Positions 9,580 to 19,103 of a stretch of DNA of 64,000 bases are shown here, one piece after another. Origin of the DNA: Candidatus Kapaibacterium sp. (lineage in GTDB: Bacteria; Bacteroidota; Ignavibacteria; Kapaibacteriales; Kapaibacteriaceae); the NCBI GenBank assembly GCA_022842685.1, contig JALHPC010000006.1, forward strand, positions 26,053 to 90,052, read 5' to 3'. A model generated the notes under the pieces. The model was given only the letters and a program-made list of their open reading frames with translations, searched no databases and was not told where the DNA came from. The position numbers and the translations under genes are program-made. The first letter of the stretch is position 1. Each line of letters starts with the position of its first letter.

Positions 9580-10161
9580 TCAGTACGTTACTAGGACATA
9601 CTCTACACGAAGGTGTGGCGCTATACTCGTAATTCCGCGATAGCTGAGCGTATGCGTGCTTACTTCGGCACCAATGCCAAGCCGCTCTGTGAGCATCAGC
9701 GTGTACGCCAACCACGCGTGGACACCAAGTTCGAACTGCGTGCCTATGGACTTGTCGAGGCCGCCAACAGACGTTGAACTAACAAGCTGATACCCCCCTA
9801 CTCCCGCGCCAATCTGAAAGCCACGCGTTTGCATGGCAAAGGCAAGGTGGACGGGTATTCCCGTTAGAGACAACGAGACTGTCTGTCGGCCTTCGCCTGC
9901 CACCTCATCACGAGCCAACGTCACGAGACCACTAACAAGTCCGACGCTTAACAAGTGATTAGGGTGCCACAGCCCACGAGCAAGGAAGCTAGAGCCATTG
10001 CTTTGCAGACCTTCGACTCCTGGAGCACGTTGTTCACGAAAGTACGACCGTTGATACCCCCCGCTCACACTTAAGCGTAGGCGGTAGATGCCAGTACTAT
10101 CCTGTGCCGAGGTGCAACACCACGACGTGGCAAGCACGAGGACGCACATCATGAGTCTCAT
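9580..10161 (-). CDS. Small outer-membrane beta-barrel protein
   Basis: Signal peptide MRLMMCVLVLATSWCCTSAQD. Alternating hydrophobic beta-strand pattern. The ATG overlaps the upstream stop (ATGA). Confidence 0.4.
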   Translation of the reverse strand: MRLMMCVLVLATSWCCTSAQDSTGIYRLRLSVSGGYQRSYFREQRAPGVEGLQSNGSSFLARGLWHPNHLLSVGLVSGLVTLARDEVAGEGRQTVSLSLTGIPVHLAFAMQTRGFQIGAGVGGYQLVSSTSVGGLDKSIGTQFELGVHAWLAYTLMLTERLGIGAEVSTHTLSYRGITSIAPHLRVEYVLVTY

Positions 10162-11417
10162 TGACGTCCTCTCCGCGTGTAGTACTTCGCCGCAAGCAAC
10201 GTTGGGTAGTTTGTGAGAATACCATCGAACTCGCCGTCTGTCACAAACTCGTTCATAAACACCGGATCGTCGAGCGTCCACGTAAAGCACAGGCGTTGTT
10301 CACGCTGCATTGCTTGCACTTCGTCGAGCTGCAAGCCGGCCGTCCAGCGTGGTGCCCACACCTCTGCCTCCACATCGCGAGCCCAGCGCGTACTTAGCTC
10401 GCAGATAGCTTCGACCTGACTACGCAGAGGGTGCTCCATGTAGCTTCTAGCGATTTCGGCTGTTGGCAAACCCACAAGAAAACGCAGGTCGTTGCGCCCC
10501 TTAAGTCGCGCACGCTGTTGGGCGCCAACCATTGCGTGAAGGACGCTGTCGAGCACGGCACGCTGTTTGACGTCGACCCACACTAGGCCTAGCCGACGTT
10601 GTTCCATTGTCGCGTCGAGCACTTCGTGCAGCGTAGGAATACGCTCGCCATGCACGAGTCGAGCGGCAGCGCGGATCTGCTGTGCGGTATAGTTTTCAAC
10701 CAGGCCAAGTATGTAGGCCCCTTGCACCGTGCGTGGCGTAAAGCGCTCGTCGTGGAACACAATTGGCACTCCATCACGCGTACGAACAACGTCAATCTCG
10801 ACGGCGTTGCAGCCAAGTCGAGGTGCAAGCTGAATCATCTCGACGGTATTCTCGCTTACGCCAAGTCGGTCGGAATTGCGAGCCCCTCCACGATGGCCGA
10901 TTACCCAAAAGCCCCTCAGACGAGCACGTAGGTTGGTTCGACGGCGCATAACGAAGGGTCGAACGGAACCACCCGAGGCATCCGACACGGTTCCTCGCAA
11001 TACCAGATCTTTCCCGGGATTACTTCCACGGGCTAGAGCCGTTCCGCCTTCATCTGGCAACACCGTAAGCCGCATGATGCCAATATTTGTGCCCTGAGTA
11101 AATCTCCACGTGCCAACAATCTTTACTGTGTCTCCCAACAGTCCACCGCGGAGCGAACACCAGAGTGCATTCGCCTCGCCAAGCACGCTGCCCTCGTCGC
11201 CAGACCATAGCAGAGCCACAGAGTCGGCTGCTACTCCACCTCCATCTTCAACTCGATAGACGCCGCTAAGGTGTGCAAAGGCAGCCGTATCTAGTCGCTG
11301 TACTCCACGCAACTCGGATGCTAGGTCAAGCGCTACGTCATCGATGTCAACTAACTGCTGCACACATGAAGAGCACAACAGCACAGCCACCGCCACGATG
11401 ATTACTGCCTTGATCAA
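10158..11417 (-). CDS. Lipoprotein with C-terminal glycerophosphodiester phosphodiesterase (GDPD) domain
   Basis: Lipobox LLCSSC. GDPD catalytic motifs VIGHRGG...ENT...EIDV...DG.P.V.HD. Confidence 0.75.
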   Translation of the reverse strand: MIKAVIIVAVAVLLCSSCVQQLVDIDDVALDLASELRGVQRLDTAAFAHLSGVYRVEDGGGVAADSVALLWSGDEGSVLGEANALWCSLRGGLLGDTVKIVGTWRFTQGTNIGIMRLTVLPDEGGTALARGSNPGKDLVLRGTVSDASGGSVRPFVMRRRTNLRARLRGFWVIGHRGGARNSDRLGVSENTVEMIQLAPRLGCNAVEIDVVRTRDGVPIVFHDERFTPRTVQGAYILGLVENYTAQQIRAAARLVHGERIPTLHEVLDATMEQRRLGLVWVDVKQRAVLDSVLHAMVGAQQRARLKGRNDLRFLVGLPTAEIARSYMEHPLRSQVEAICELSTRWARDVEAEVWAPRWTAGLQLDEVQAMQREQRLCFTWTLDDPVFMNEFVTDGEFDGILTNYPTLLAAKYYTRRGRQ

Positions 11418-12130
11418 AAGATAAATCCAGCAAAAAGCTCAGGATAGAACAACACATCGTCGAACGTGTTGAAGGCCAACCACGCTTGATAGGGATTACG
11501 CGAGTAGTGCAGCGTGGCCCCCAAGCTTATCGCCGTCGTCCTCCAAAACGGCTGCTCGACGACGAGCGTTAGCGACCCGCCATTGAGTGTTCGTGCAGTT
11601 GAACTCACCTTGATGTCGTCGATGCGTTGCTGCTGAAACAGCACGACCTCGGCTTCGAGTTTTCCAGACACCGTAAAGTCATCAAAGCGAATACCAGCAG
11701 TGGCAAAGGGATAGGCAAACGCGCCCATAACGGTGGTGTTAAAACCCTGCAAGAAGCTAATATGGCCATACATAAACCCACCTTGAATACCGCCGCCAAG
11801 TGTAACACGCGTTAGCTCGGCCGACCACATCGGCCCCAAGGTAGCTAGGTTCGCAGCATAATTGCCGGTAATTCGCCCAACTAAACTAAGCTGCAGCGGC
11901 AGCCCTATCCTATATCGAATGTCCAAAGCCGGCGCCGGCACTTCAGATTCTACAAGGGGCTGCGGCAACAACGTGAGTGAAAGTCCTACCGACCCATTGA
12001 TGGTAAACATGTCGAGCGGGTCGGGAGCATGAACATAGTAATTCCGATAGGGCAACGTGTCCTGAGTGGAAGCACGCGACGCCTGCGCACCCGTCAGCAA
12101 AACCACAGCGATTACAAGCGGTAGTATCAC
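11414..12130 (-). CDS. Outer-membrane beta-barrel protein (porin-like)
   Basis: Signal peptide. Amphipathic beta-strands. C-terminal ...FAGFIF aromatic terminus typical of OMPs. 4-nt overlaps with both neighbours. Confidence 0.4.
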   Translation of the reverse strand: MILPLVIAVVLLTGAQASRASTQDTLPYRNYYVHAPDPLDMFTINGSVGLSLTLLPQPLVESEVPAPALDIRYRIGLPLQLSLVGRITGNYAANLATLGPMWSAELTRVTLGGGIQGGFMYGHISFLQGFNTTVMGAFAYPFATAGIRFDDFTVSGKLEAEVVLFQQQRIDDIKVSSTARTLNGGSLTLVVEQPFWRTTAISLGATLHYSRNPYQAWLAFNTFDDVLFYPELFAGFIF

Positions 12131-13152
12131 TCGGCAAGCTCCACGTACTGCCGCACGGTTCCACCTGCGGGCATTACCACGACATCGGCAATGTCATGAA
12201 CGGCGGATTGCAGTGGCACGGGCCGCATGGTAACACATAGAGCCGTGCCGATACGCTCAATCATCAAGTGGTGCAACGGTCGTATAGGTCCGCCACGGTA
12301 CTCGTCGGCATAGGTTGCCGCTTGCGCTGCTGCCACGGCTTGCCGTGGGCCACCGCCGCCCCCTGCAACGATAAACTGCCGGCCATCGATGTGGAAGCGC
12401 TCATATGTGTGTGCATGGCCGCTTAGCCAAAGGGTGCCTTTGGCAGACTGCACAAACGACGGTACAAAGTAGCGCTGAAGCACGACGTCGGGCGGAACTG
12501 CAGTGCTGTTCGTAAACGGCGGGTGGTGACCGCAAACAACCACGGCAACGATGCGACTATCTGCATCGAGTTCCTGCAGGGTTTTTACAAACCACCGCCG
12601 ATGTTGACGGCTACGAACGGGACCAATATCATCGAAGTTGGTATTAATAACAACGTATGCAACAGAGTCGATAACACGAACTACGCCGTCTTGATTGAAC
12701 CATGGCCAGCGCTGCATCACGTTTGCCATGGCCGCTTGATCGTTGCCGTAGTAGTCGTGGTTACCAAGTACTGGCAACACGCCAATGTTGGCAACGCGCA
12801 GGGGGGTCATGAGGTTGTCGAAGTAATGCCAGTCGGCACGACTAGCACCCCACCACACCATATCACCCAGGACAACGAGTGCGTCCGGCGCATCGGCCAT
12901 AATGCCAGCAATGATGTTTGGCCGATGCTTGTCGTTGTTTTCACGCCATGTTTCCACGGCGCCCGTTCGCTGAAGGTCGCCAACAATGGCCACGCGAGCA
13001 CGACGGTGGTGCAGATAGTTTGGGTCTGCAAACGACCGTATCGAGTCAGGTTCCTGAACCGAAGTACACGACAGTAGCAGCGATGTAGCGGCCATGACAG
13101 CCACGACGCCCAGAGATGCTACTCGTCCCATATATAGTCGAAGAGTATCCAC
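12127..13152 (-). CDS. Calcineurin-like metallophosphoesterase (lipoprotein)
   Basis: Motifs GDLQ, GDMVWWG, GNHD, CGHHP, GHAHTYER. Lipobox LLLSCTS. Confidence 0.8.
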   Translation of the reverse strand: MDTLRLYMGRVASLGVVAVMAATSLLLSCTSVQEPDSIRSFADPNYLHHRRARVAIVGDLQRTGAVETWRENNDKHRPNIIAGIMADAPDALVVLGDMVWWGASRADWHYFDNLMTPLRVANIGVLPVLGNHDYYGNDQAAMANVMQRWPWFNQDGVVRVIDSVAYVVINTNFDDIGPVRSRQHRRWFVKTLQELDADSRIVAVVVCGHHPPFTNSTAVPPDVVLQRYFVPSFVQSAKGTLWLSGHAHTYERFHIDGRQFIVAGGGGGPRQAVAAAQAATYADEYRGGPIRPLHHLMIERIGTALCVTMRPVPLQSAVHDIADVVVMPAGGTVRQYVELAE

Positions 13153-13793
13153 GAAAGCACAACAACGATGCCGGCATAGGCGGCGATAATGCCAAGGTTG
13201 GGGGCTACGTCGGCAAACGAAAAATCGGCCAACGCTTGCAGCACCGACGCAGTACCAGGCAGTACTATTGGCAAGATAACAGGAACGGCAAGCACGGGCA
13301 GTAGCAGGCCGCCGGCCTGCGTACGTGCCGCAATGGCACTCATAACAGTAAGCACGGCTGCTAGCGCTGCACTACCTACAACAACACTCGACATCAGCGC
13401 TAGCGGATTACCAGCAAAGACGTTGCCCACAACCAGTAGCAACAACACGTAGGCCAGCGCATTAGCAAGTGTTGCTTGTGCAACGTTTACCAGTAGCTTG
13501 CCAAACAGAACGGCCGATGCCGAAGTTGAAAGGCGCAGATATAACCACGTGCCACGCTCCTCCTCGCGGATAAAACCACGACCTAAGCCAACGTTCGCTG
13601 TAAATGTCATAACCACCCACAGCAACCCGGCAGCCATTGGCCGCGGCACTGCTTCGTCGGCAATACTAAACGCCACAAGCATTACCGTGGTAACAACGAA
13701 TACCACCAGCGACGTAAGGCCATAGCGTGTGCGCGCTTCGCTGCGAACGTCCTTGTCGATTACTGCCCATAGGCGCGTAAGTGCCCCATTCAT
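13119..13793 (-). CDS. CcmB-like ABC-2 permease (heme exporter protein B family)
   Basis: Alignable to CcmB. GLLWVVMTF...FIREEERGTWLYLRL matches IIWVAALLSS...FRDDLQDGSLEQLML. QAGGLLLPVLAVPVILPIVL matches RGGVLLSILVLPLTIPLLIF. Confidence 0.5.
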   Translation of the reverse strand: MNGALTRLWAVIDKDVRSEARTRYGLTSLVVFVVTTVMLVAFSIADEAVPRPMAAGLLWVVMTFTANVGLGRGFIREEERGTWLYLRLSTSASAVLFGKLLVNVAQATLANALAYVLLLLVVGNVFAGNPLALMSSVVVGSAALAAVLTVMSAIAARTQAGGLLLPVLAVPVILPIVLPGTASVLQALADFSFADVAPNLGIIAAYAGIVVVLSWILFDYIWDE

Positions 13794-13822
13794 CGTGCAA
13801 AACTAGGGCATAACACAAAGCG

Positions 13823-15151
13823 TTAGATAACGCCGCGAGATTTCATCTCCACGTATCGCTGCACTGTTGCAAGGCCCATGTTCTCGGGCCGAGCATACAC
13901 GGCCATTATGCCGTGCTGACGCATTTGTGCTATCACCTCGCGCTTTTGCCATGCAAACATCTCGGCCGTTGTGCGCAGGTATACGTTGTCGGTGGTTGTA
14001 CTTGGCGTGGTACTAAGCTGCGTTACTTCGGTATTCTCGAACATCGTAACAACCACAACGTGTCTTGTAGCCAAGGCCCGCAACACTGGAAGGCGGCGCT
14101 GGAACGCGCCCATGGTTTCGATATTCGTATACACCATAAGCAGCGACCGCGTTGGCACTAGCCGCCGCAGAGATGCAAACATGACTTCGTCGTTGCTCTC
14201 AGAAAAATCGGTCGACACGGCATAAAGCGCCTCGTTAAGCATGGTCATCTGCCGCGAGCGCCTGTCGGCACGTACCGAGGTTGCCTGACGGCTGCCGTAG
14301 GCAAGCAGTCCGGCACGGTCGCCACGCACGAGCGCGGCCCGCGACAGCGCTAAGCCAGCATTCACGCTATAGTCCAGCAAGGTCATCCCCCCAAATGGTA
14401 GCTTCATCACGCGGCCAGTATCGATTACCGAATAGATGTGTTGCTCGCGTTCGTCCTGGTACAGGTTTACCATCATCTCGCCGGTGCGCGCCGTTGTCTT
14501 CCAATTCATGTTGCGCATATCGTCGCCCAACACATAGGGCTTCGCTGTTTCGTACTCCAGGGTTTGCCCAAGCTTGCGCAGACGCCGCTGACCTATGGGA
14601 ACGTTGGCATTGACGGCCGACAATTCGATGGCGCGCATTTGCATGTACGACGGATAGGTTTTTACGACGACTGCGGCGGGAATCGTAAACCGTCGTTCTA
14701 CGAGTCCCAACCATAGCGAGGCATAAATGTGAATGTCGCCAAAGGCATATTCACCGCGCTGGGTTGGTCGCACGGTATACGTTAGCACCGTGCGTTTGCC
14801 TGGCAAAACGGTGCCGTGCAGTATCAACCCTCGCTCTTGGAACTGTACTGGTAGCTCGTCGATAACGCTGCACATGAGCGCGGCATTGATGGTGGTTTCG
14901 ACATCGATCGACACGATGTTTGCATCGCCATTGCTAAGCCGTTGTGCTACCGTTCGCGAAGCCACTATGCCGCCTTTGCGGGACCACAGGGTTCCCCATT
15001 CGTAGGCAATGGCGCATGCCACAACTACCACGGCAATCCACGCAACGTGGAACAGTGCGGGAAGCACGATGCCAAGCACTGCCAAGCAGGCAATGCCAAG
15101 CACGGCCAGCATGGCGCGCGGCGTTAAGAACGATGATCGCAGTACGCTCAC
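13823..15151 (-). CDS. DUF58 domain protein (MoxR-associated, vWA-like)
   Basis: Two N-terminal TM helices followed by a DUF58-like region. Immediately downstream of a MoxR ATPase with 4-nt overlap. Confidence 0.55.
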   Translation of the reverse strand: MSVLRSSFLTPRAMLAVLGIACLAVLGIVLPALFHVAWIAVVVVACAIAYEWGTLWSRKGGIVASRTVAQRLSNGDANIVSIDVETTINAALMCSVIDELPVQFQERGLILHGTVLPGKRTVLTYTVRPTQRGEYAFGDIHIYASLWLGLVERRFTIPAAVVVKTYPSYMQMRAIELSAVNANVPIGQRRLRKLGQTLEYETAKPYVLGDDMRNMNWKTTARTGEMMVNLYQDEREQHIYSVIDTGRVMKLPFGGMTLLDYSVNAGLALSRAALVRGDRAGLLAYGSRQATSVRADRRSRQMTMLNEALYAVSTDFSESNDEVMFASLRRLVPTRSLLMVYTNIETMGAFQRRLPVLRALATRHVVVVTMFENTEVTQLSTTPSTTTDNVYLRTTAEMFAWQKREVIAQMRQHGIMAVYARPENMGLATVQRYVEMKSRGVI

Positions 15152-16119
15152 CGCGGAACGTCCACTCCAGCTACAATATCGGCAAGTACGGTGTCGACCG
15201 TCATGCCTTCCAGTTCACGCTCTGGTAGCAACTGTACGCGATGGCGCATCACGGGAATCACAACGCTCTTTACGTCGTCGGGCACAACGAAGTCACGCCC
15301 TTGCATAACCGCCATGGCTCTGGCCATGGCTAGGGTGCTAAGCGACGCTCGTGGCGACGCACCTAGGTAGAGTGCGTGGTGGGCACGCGTGTGATGTACA
15401 ATCGAGGCAATGTAGGAAAAGATGCCAGGTTCGACGGTTACGGTGCGTACAAGGCGGGCATAGCGCGTAATGTCGTCGTGCTTCAGCAGCGGCGTCACGC
15501 CGCTGCGTTCTGCCGGTGCCCCTTGTTCATGATGGCGGCGGATGATCTCGGTTTCTTCGGCAAGCGAAGGATAGTCGATAACGATTTTGACGATGAAGCG
15601 GTCGAGTTGGGCTTCGGGCAAACGGTAGGTTCCTTCTTGCTCGATGGGATTCATGGTGGCAAGAACCATGAAGGGCGACGGCATGGCGTGGCTGGTGCCA
15701 TCGGATGTGGTTTGGCGCTCTTCCATGACTTCAAACAGCGCGCTCTGCGTTTTGGCCGGCGAGCGGTTTATCTCATCGGTAAGCAACAGGTTGGCGAAGA
15801 CGGGCCCACGGCGGTACTCGAACTCGAGCGTCTTGGGATTGAAGATGTTGGTGCCCAAGATGTCGGCTGGCATCAAATCGGGCGTACACTGAATGCGACC
15901 AAACGAGCAGTCAACAAGCCGTGCCATGGTGCGCACAGCGAGCGTTTTTGCAACGCCGGGCGGTCCTTCAAGCAAGACGTGCCCTTCGGAGAGAAGGGCA
16001 GCTAACATAAGCTCGGTCATGCCATGCTGCCCCACAATCACCTGCCCTATTGCGGCACGCATGGCTGCAGCCACATCATGAAGGTGTTGTGCGTCGGTAG
16101 CTGATAGTCGTTGATTCAT
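15148..16119 (-). CDS. MoxR-family AAA+ ATPase
   Basis: VIVGQHGMTELMLAALLSEGHVLLEGPPGVAKT Walker A. LLTDEINRSPAKTQSALFEVMEE. The start was set at MNQRL, which forms an ATGA overlap with the upstream stop. Confidence 0.85.
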   Translation of the reverse strand: MNQRLSATDAQHLHDVAAAMRAAIGQVIVGQHGMTELMLAALLSEGHVLLEGPPGVAKTLAVRTMARLVDCSFGRIQCTPDLMPADILGTNIFNPKTLEFEYRRGPVFANLLLTDEINRSPAKTQSALFEVMEERQTTSDGTSHAMPSPFMVLATMNPIEQEGTYRLPEAQLDRFIVKIVIDYPSLAEETEIIRRHHEQGAPAERSGVTPLLKHDDITRYARLVRTVTVEPGIFSYIASIVHHTRAHHALYLGASPRASLSTLAMARAMAVMQGRDFVVPDDVKSVVIPVMRHRVQLLPERELEGMTVDTVLADIVAGVDVPR

Positions 16120-17354
16120 CGAGATGCCTTTTCGTAAAATGTGTCGATTATTGCCGACCGACGCAAGAGGTCGGTAGCCGACCACTCTGCATCAGTCCAT
16201 TGTTGTTCAACTCCGTCGACATCGCCGTAGCGCCGTACGAGGTCCAATACGTCGTGTATTAACTGGGCTTCGCATCCCGTTGCAGCTATGAGGCGGCGCT
16301 CGGTTGTACTATCGATGTTCACCAGAGGCACATGCAGTACCGAGGCGCAGAACCGTCGAAGGTGAACTATGCGCTGCCTCATTACGTAGGCGGGGTCGTG
16401 CGACGACTGCATCAAGTCGGCAACGGTTCGCACAAACTCGGAGGTCGTGTTCCGCACAGGTTCAAGAATAGGGATAGCACGCTGGCGGCGTCGGGCATTG
16501 GTACCAACGTACATAAGTCCCGATACGACTACTAGTACTAATGCAAGCTGGGCTGCGTGAGATTGCGACAACAGATCGCCAACGGTTGGTAGTTGTAGCG
16601 AGCCGTTGTGGTAACGATCCCACATGATGGGACCATCGGTGCGAGCAATCACGGGCATAAGGTACCTGGCAACAGCCGATGCCGTGTCATGAACAAACGC
16701 AAGGTTACTCATTAGCTCCGGCGAACTGACCACCGTGATCGATCCGAGACCCAAAGCGCGCCGTGCCGCAAGAACGAAGCGCGGCTGATCGGCTGATTGA
16801 TCAGTATTTTCAAGCGCCATCAACGTATCCCACTGCACTAGGTCCGAGCCCAGCGCGGTCGAATCAGTTCGCAGTTTGAACTGATAGCTGATGAAGTCCT
16901 CGACAATCAAGAACCGCTTTACTACGCTCCCGCTGTCATACACGCTTAGGGTGTCTTCGTCCCACATAAACGGCTGCCGCAAGTCGACGCCCAGACGTTT
17001 CTCGGTCGTGTCGTTTATCCACCGTGTGGCAATCACGACGTGTCCGCCACGGCGTGCGTAGGCAAAGAGACTATCAACTTCTTCATCCGCCGCCTGGAAT
17101 CTAGGAGCAACAATCCACCACTGCCCACGTGCTGGTGCACTGCGAATGGCAACATCCGAAGCACTGTCTACCATTGTTACGCGACCGTCTGTGATGGAGT
17201 CAAGCACATGCAATGCTATCCACGTTCCGTAGGGTTGTGTGCTTGTCGACGAAAACGTGCGCTTCCAGCTCGTTGGTTCGGGCTTGGAAATCTGCAGCAA
17301 GCCCAATACAACTACCAGCAACCCAACCACTACCCACCACGTGCGCGTAAGCAT
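16116..17354 (-). CDS. DUF4350-like protein (MoxR operon component)
   Basis: N-terminal TM. Position and size match DUF4350 in the conserved DUF4129-DUF4350-MoxR-DUF58 operons. Confidence 0.4.
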   Translation of the reverse strand: MLTRTWWVVVGLLVVVLGLLQISKPEPTSWKRTFSSTSTQPYGTWIALHVLDSITDGRVTMVDSASDVAIRSAPARGQWWIVAPRFQAADEEVDSLFAYARRGGHVVIATRWINDTTEKRLGVDLRQPFMWDEDTLSVYDSGSVVKRFLIVEDFISYQFKLRTDSTALGSDLVQWDTLMALENTDQSADQPRFVLAARRALGLGSITVVSSPELMSNLAFVHDTASAVARYLMPVIARTDGPIMWDRYHNGSLQLPTVGDLLSQSHAAQLALVLVVVSGLMYVGTNARRRQRAIPILEPVRNTTSEFVRTVADLMQSSHDPAYVMRQRIVHLRRFCASVLHVPLVNIDSTTERRLIAATGCEAQLIHDVLDLVRRYGDVDGVEQQWTDAEWSATDLLRRSAIIDTFYEKASR

Positions 17355-18037
17355 CAGGCGCGCCTCCTTGCATTCACTCGCAGCTGCGCAAAGCGAGGCG
17401 CAATACTCGCATAGTCGGGCGCTTCAATAGCCTGCTCGCCATACCACACGCGCTCAAACACCATCAATACATCCGAAAAGTTTTGTGCAAGGGGCGTCGA
17501 CAATAGTGCCCGGTAATACTCGCGGTTTGTTCGCTCGGCGCGCCACTCAATGTAGCCCGAATCCTGCAGCTCCCGTAGTAATTGCAGAAAATGATATCGT
17601 ACGGCAGATCGGTAGTCGCCAGCGGCTTCCGATTCGCCAATACGTCTGTCAAGGTCGTCTTCGGTTAAATCTTCAACCTTGCTCCCTCCGGCTACTACGG
17701 CGCGGGCACCGCCAACACGCCAAGGGGCTCCGCCCGAACGGCGCGACATGACGACGATGGCAACCACAAGAACCAGCATGCCGATAACGAAGGCAATGAC
17801 GCCTGTGTCGGTATCGACAACACTGCTAATCAGCGACTGAAAGAAATTGACGATGCGTTCAAGTATCTGCTCGAACAGTTCTCGTGACTGTACACGATGG
17901 GAATAGCTGAAGTTGGGGTCGTTCTCAAGCGTTGAAAGCCACGCGTGAGGAACTCGCGACGTGTCGGCCAGTGCCCCCTTCAGCCGAAATGGCAGGGCAG
18001 AAAACAGCAGTACGGCTACACCGAGAAAACGGCGCAT
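17354..18037 (-). CDS. DUF4129-like protein (MoxR operon component)
   Basis: Start set at MRRFLGVAVLLF (signal/TM). The ORF-track Arg-rich N-terminus is an out-of-frame read of a 9-bp DNA repeat. Confidence 0.4.
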   Translation of the reverse strand: MRRFLGVAVLLFSALPFRLKGALADTSRVPHAWLSTLENDPNFSYSHRVQSRELFEQILERIVNFFQSLISSVVDTDTGVIAFVIGMLVLVVAIVVMSRRSGGAPWRVGGARAVVAGGSKVEDLTEDDLDRRIGESEAAGDYRSAVRYHFLQLLRELQDSGYIEWRAERTNREYYRALLSTPLAQNFSDVLMVFERVWYGEQAIEAPDYASIAPRFAQLRVNARRRA

Positions 18038-18041
18038 GACG

Positions 18042-19103
18042 CTAGGAAGCGGACGAGTCCGACGGGGCCGACGAGTCCGACGAGTCCGACGAGTCCGACG
18101 GGGCCGACGGGGCCGACGGAGCCGACGGAGCCGTCTGTTCCGACGGGGCAAACGACGCAGCCATAGCAGCCAAGCTTAGACCCTGGCGATTCTCGACAAT
18201 CGAGCAATATGCAACGCCAACGCTAACGTACGTTATCGTGGACAGTAACTGTGCGCCTGTTAAGGAAAGCATCGATGTAACCACGCGTACAATTCCGAAA
18301 ATGCCAAGTGACTCATCGTTCGACTCGCGAACCATGGTATGAACCAGGCCAACAATGGAGTCTGGAATCGCAAATAAATACGAACATATGCCCACAAGAA
18401 GCGAGATAACGATGTAGTACCCCAACATCCACCACCAGTGTCCACGAATGGTGCTGAAGGCAATCTTGACCGATTCAAGAAACCCTGTCTCGACGAACAC
18501 CGATACAGGAAGCGTAAGCAATAGCGCAACGCTTGCGTAAACTGTGAGAGGCACTAACACAATGAAGCCAAGAAAGACAATACCAATGGCACTGAACGTG
18601 TCCAGCGATGACGCAAGGGCAACGATAGGCACTGCAACCACAGCAGTGGCCAAAATGAAGGCACCTACGAGAGACAGAATGACTGCGAACACCCTGCTGG
18701 TATGCAGTGCCTTCGCTTCGGCTAACTGCTCAACACTGGGCACCGCACCAGCGTCACGATAGGCTCGGAGCCACGTCATCACAATGGCAGCATGCCAGCC
18801 GGCAACCACGAACAGCAGTAGGTAACCGAGAGCTATTATGACGCCCGACAACGCCATCTCGTCGACTGCCACCTCACGTAGGGCTTGTCCGATGGCCTCG
18901 ATGTCGCCCGATAAAAACGCCCCGAAGCCAGTAATCGTGCCATAGGCAGTAAGGCCAGCTGCTACAAGGAGCCACGGCAATACATGTTTGATGACATAGA
19001 GAAATAGCGACGAATAGTGGTGGCGAACGATGTCGATGGTGGCCGACAACGTCTCGCTCCACGAGCGTGGTTTATTAAGCGATATGTAGTTAGGATCAGA
19101 CAT
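18042..19103 (-). CDS. Polytopic membrane protein with Ser/Asp/Ala-Pro low-complexity C-terminal tail
   Basis: Multiple TM helices. C-terminal APSAPSAPSAPSDSSDSSDSSAPSDSSAS encoded by GACGAGTCC/GACGGGGCC tandem 9-mers (18040-18130). Confidence 0.4.
   Translation of the reverse strand: MSDPNYISLNKPRSWSETLSATIDIVRHHYSSLFLYVIKHVLPWLLVAAGLTAYGTITGFGAFLSGDIEAIGQALREVAVDEMALSGVIIALGYLLLFVVAGWHAAIVMTWLRAYRDAGAVPSVEQLAEAKALHTSRVFAVILSLVGAFILATAVVAVPIVALASSLDTFSAIGIVFLGFIVLVPLTVYASVALLLTLPVSVFVETGFLESVKIAFSTIRGHWWWMLGYYIVISLLVGICSYLFAIPDSIVGLVHTMVRESNDESLGIFGIVRVVTSMLSLTGAQLLSTITYVSVGVAYCSIVENRQGLSLAAMAASFAPSEQTAPSAPSAPSAPSDSSDSSDSSAPSDSSAS

Noticed and set aside
15376-16005. 209-aa ORF antisense to the MoxR ATPase
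   Set aside because: Same reasoning as above: a high-GC artefact inside a strongly supported gene.
18038-18151. Arg-rich N-terminus (RRLRRLRRPRRPRRTRR) on the DUF4129-like protein, resembling a nucleic-acid-binding tail
   Set aside because: It is produced by reading the 9-bp Ser/Asp repeat DNA in another frame. The start was reassigned to the internal Met with a hydrophobic signal/TM.
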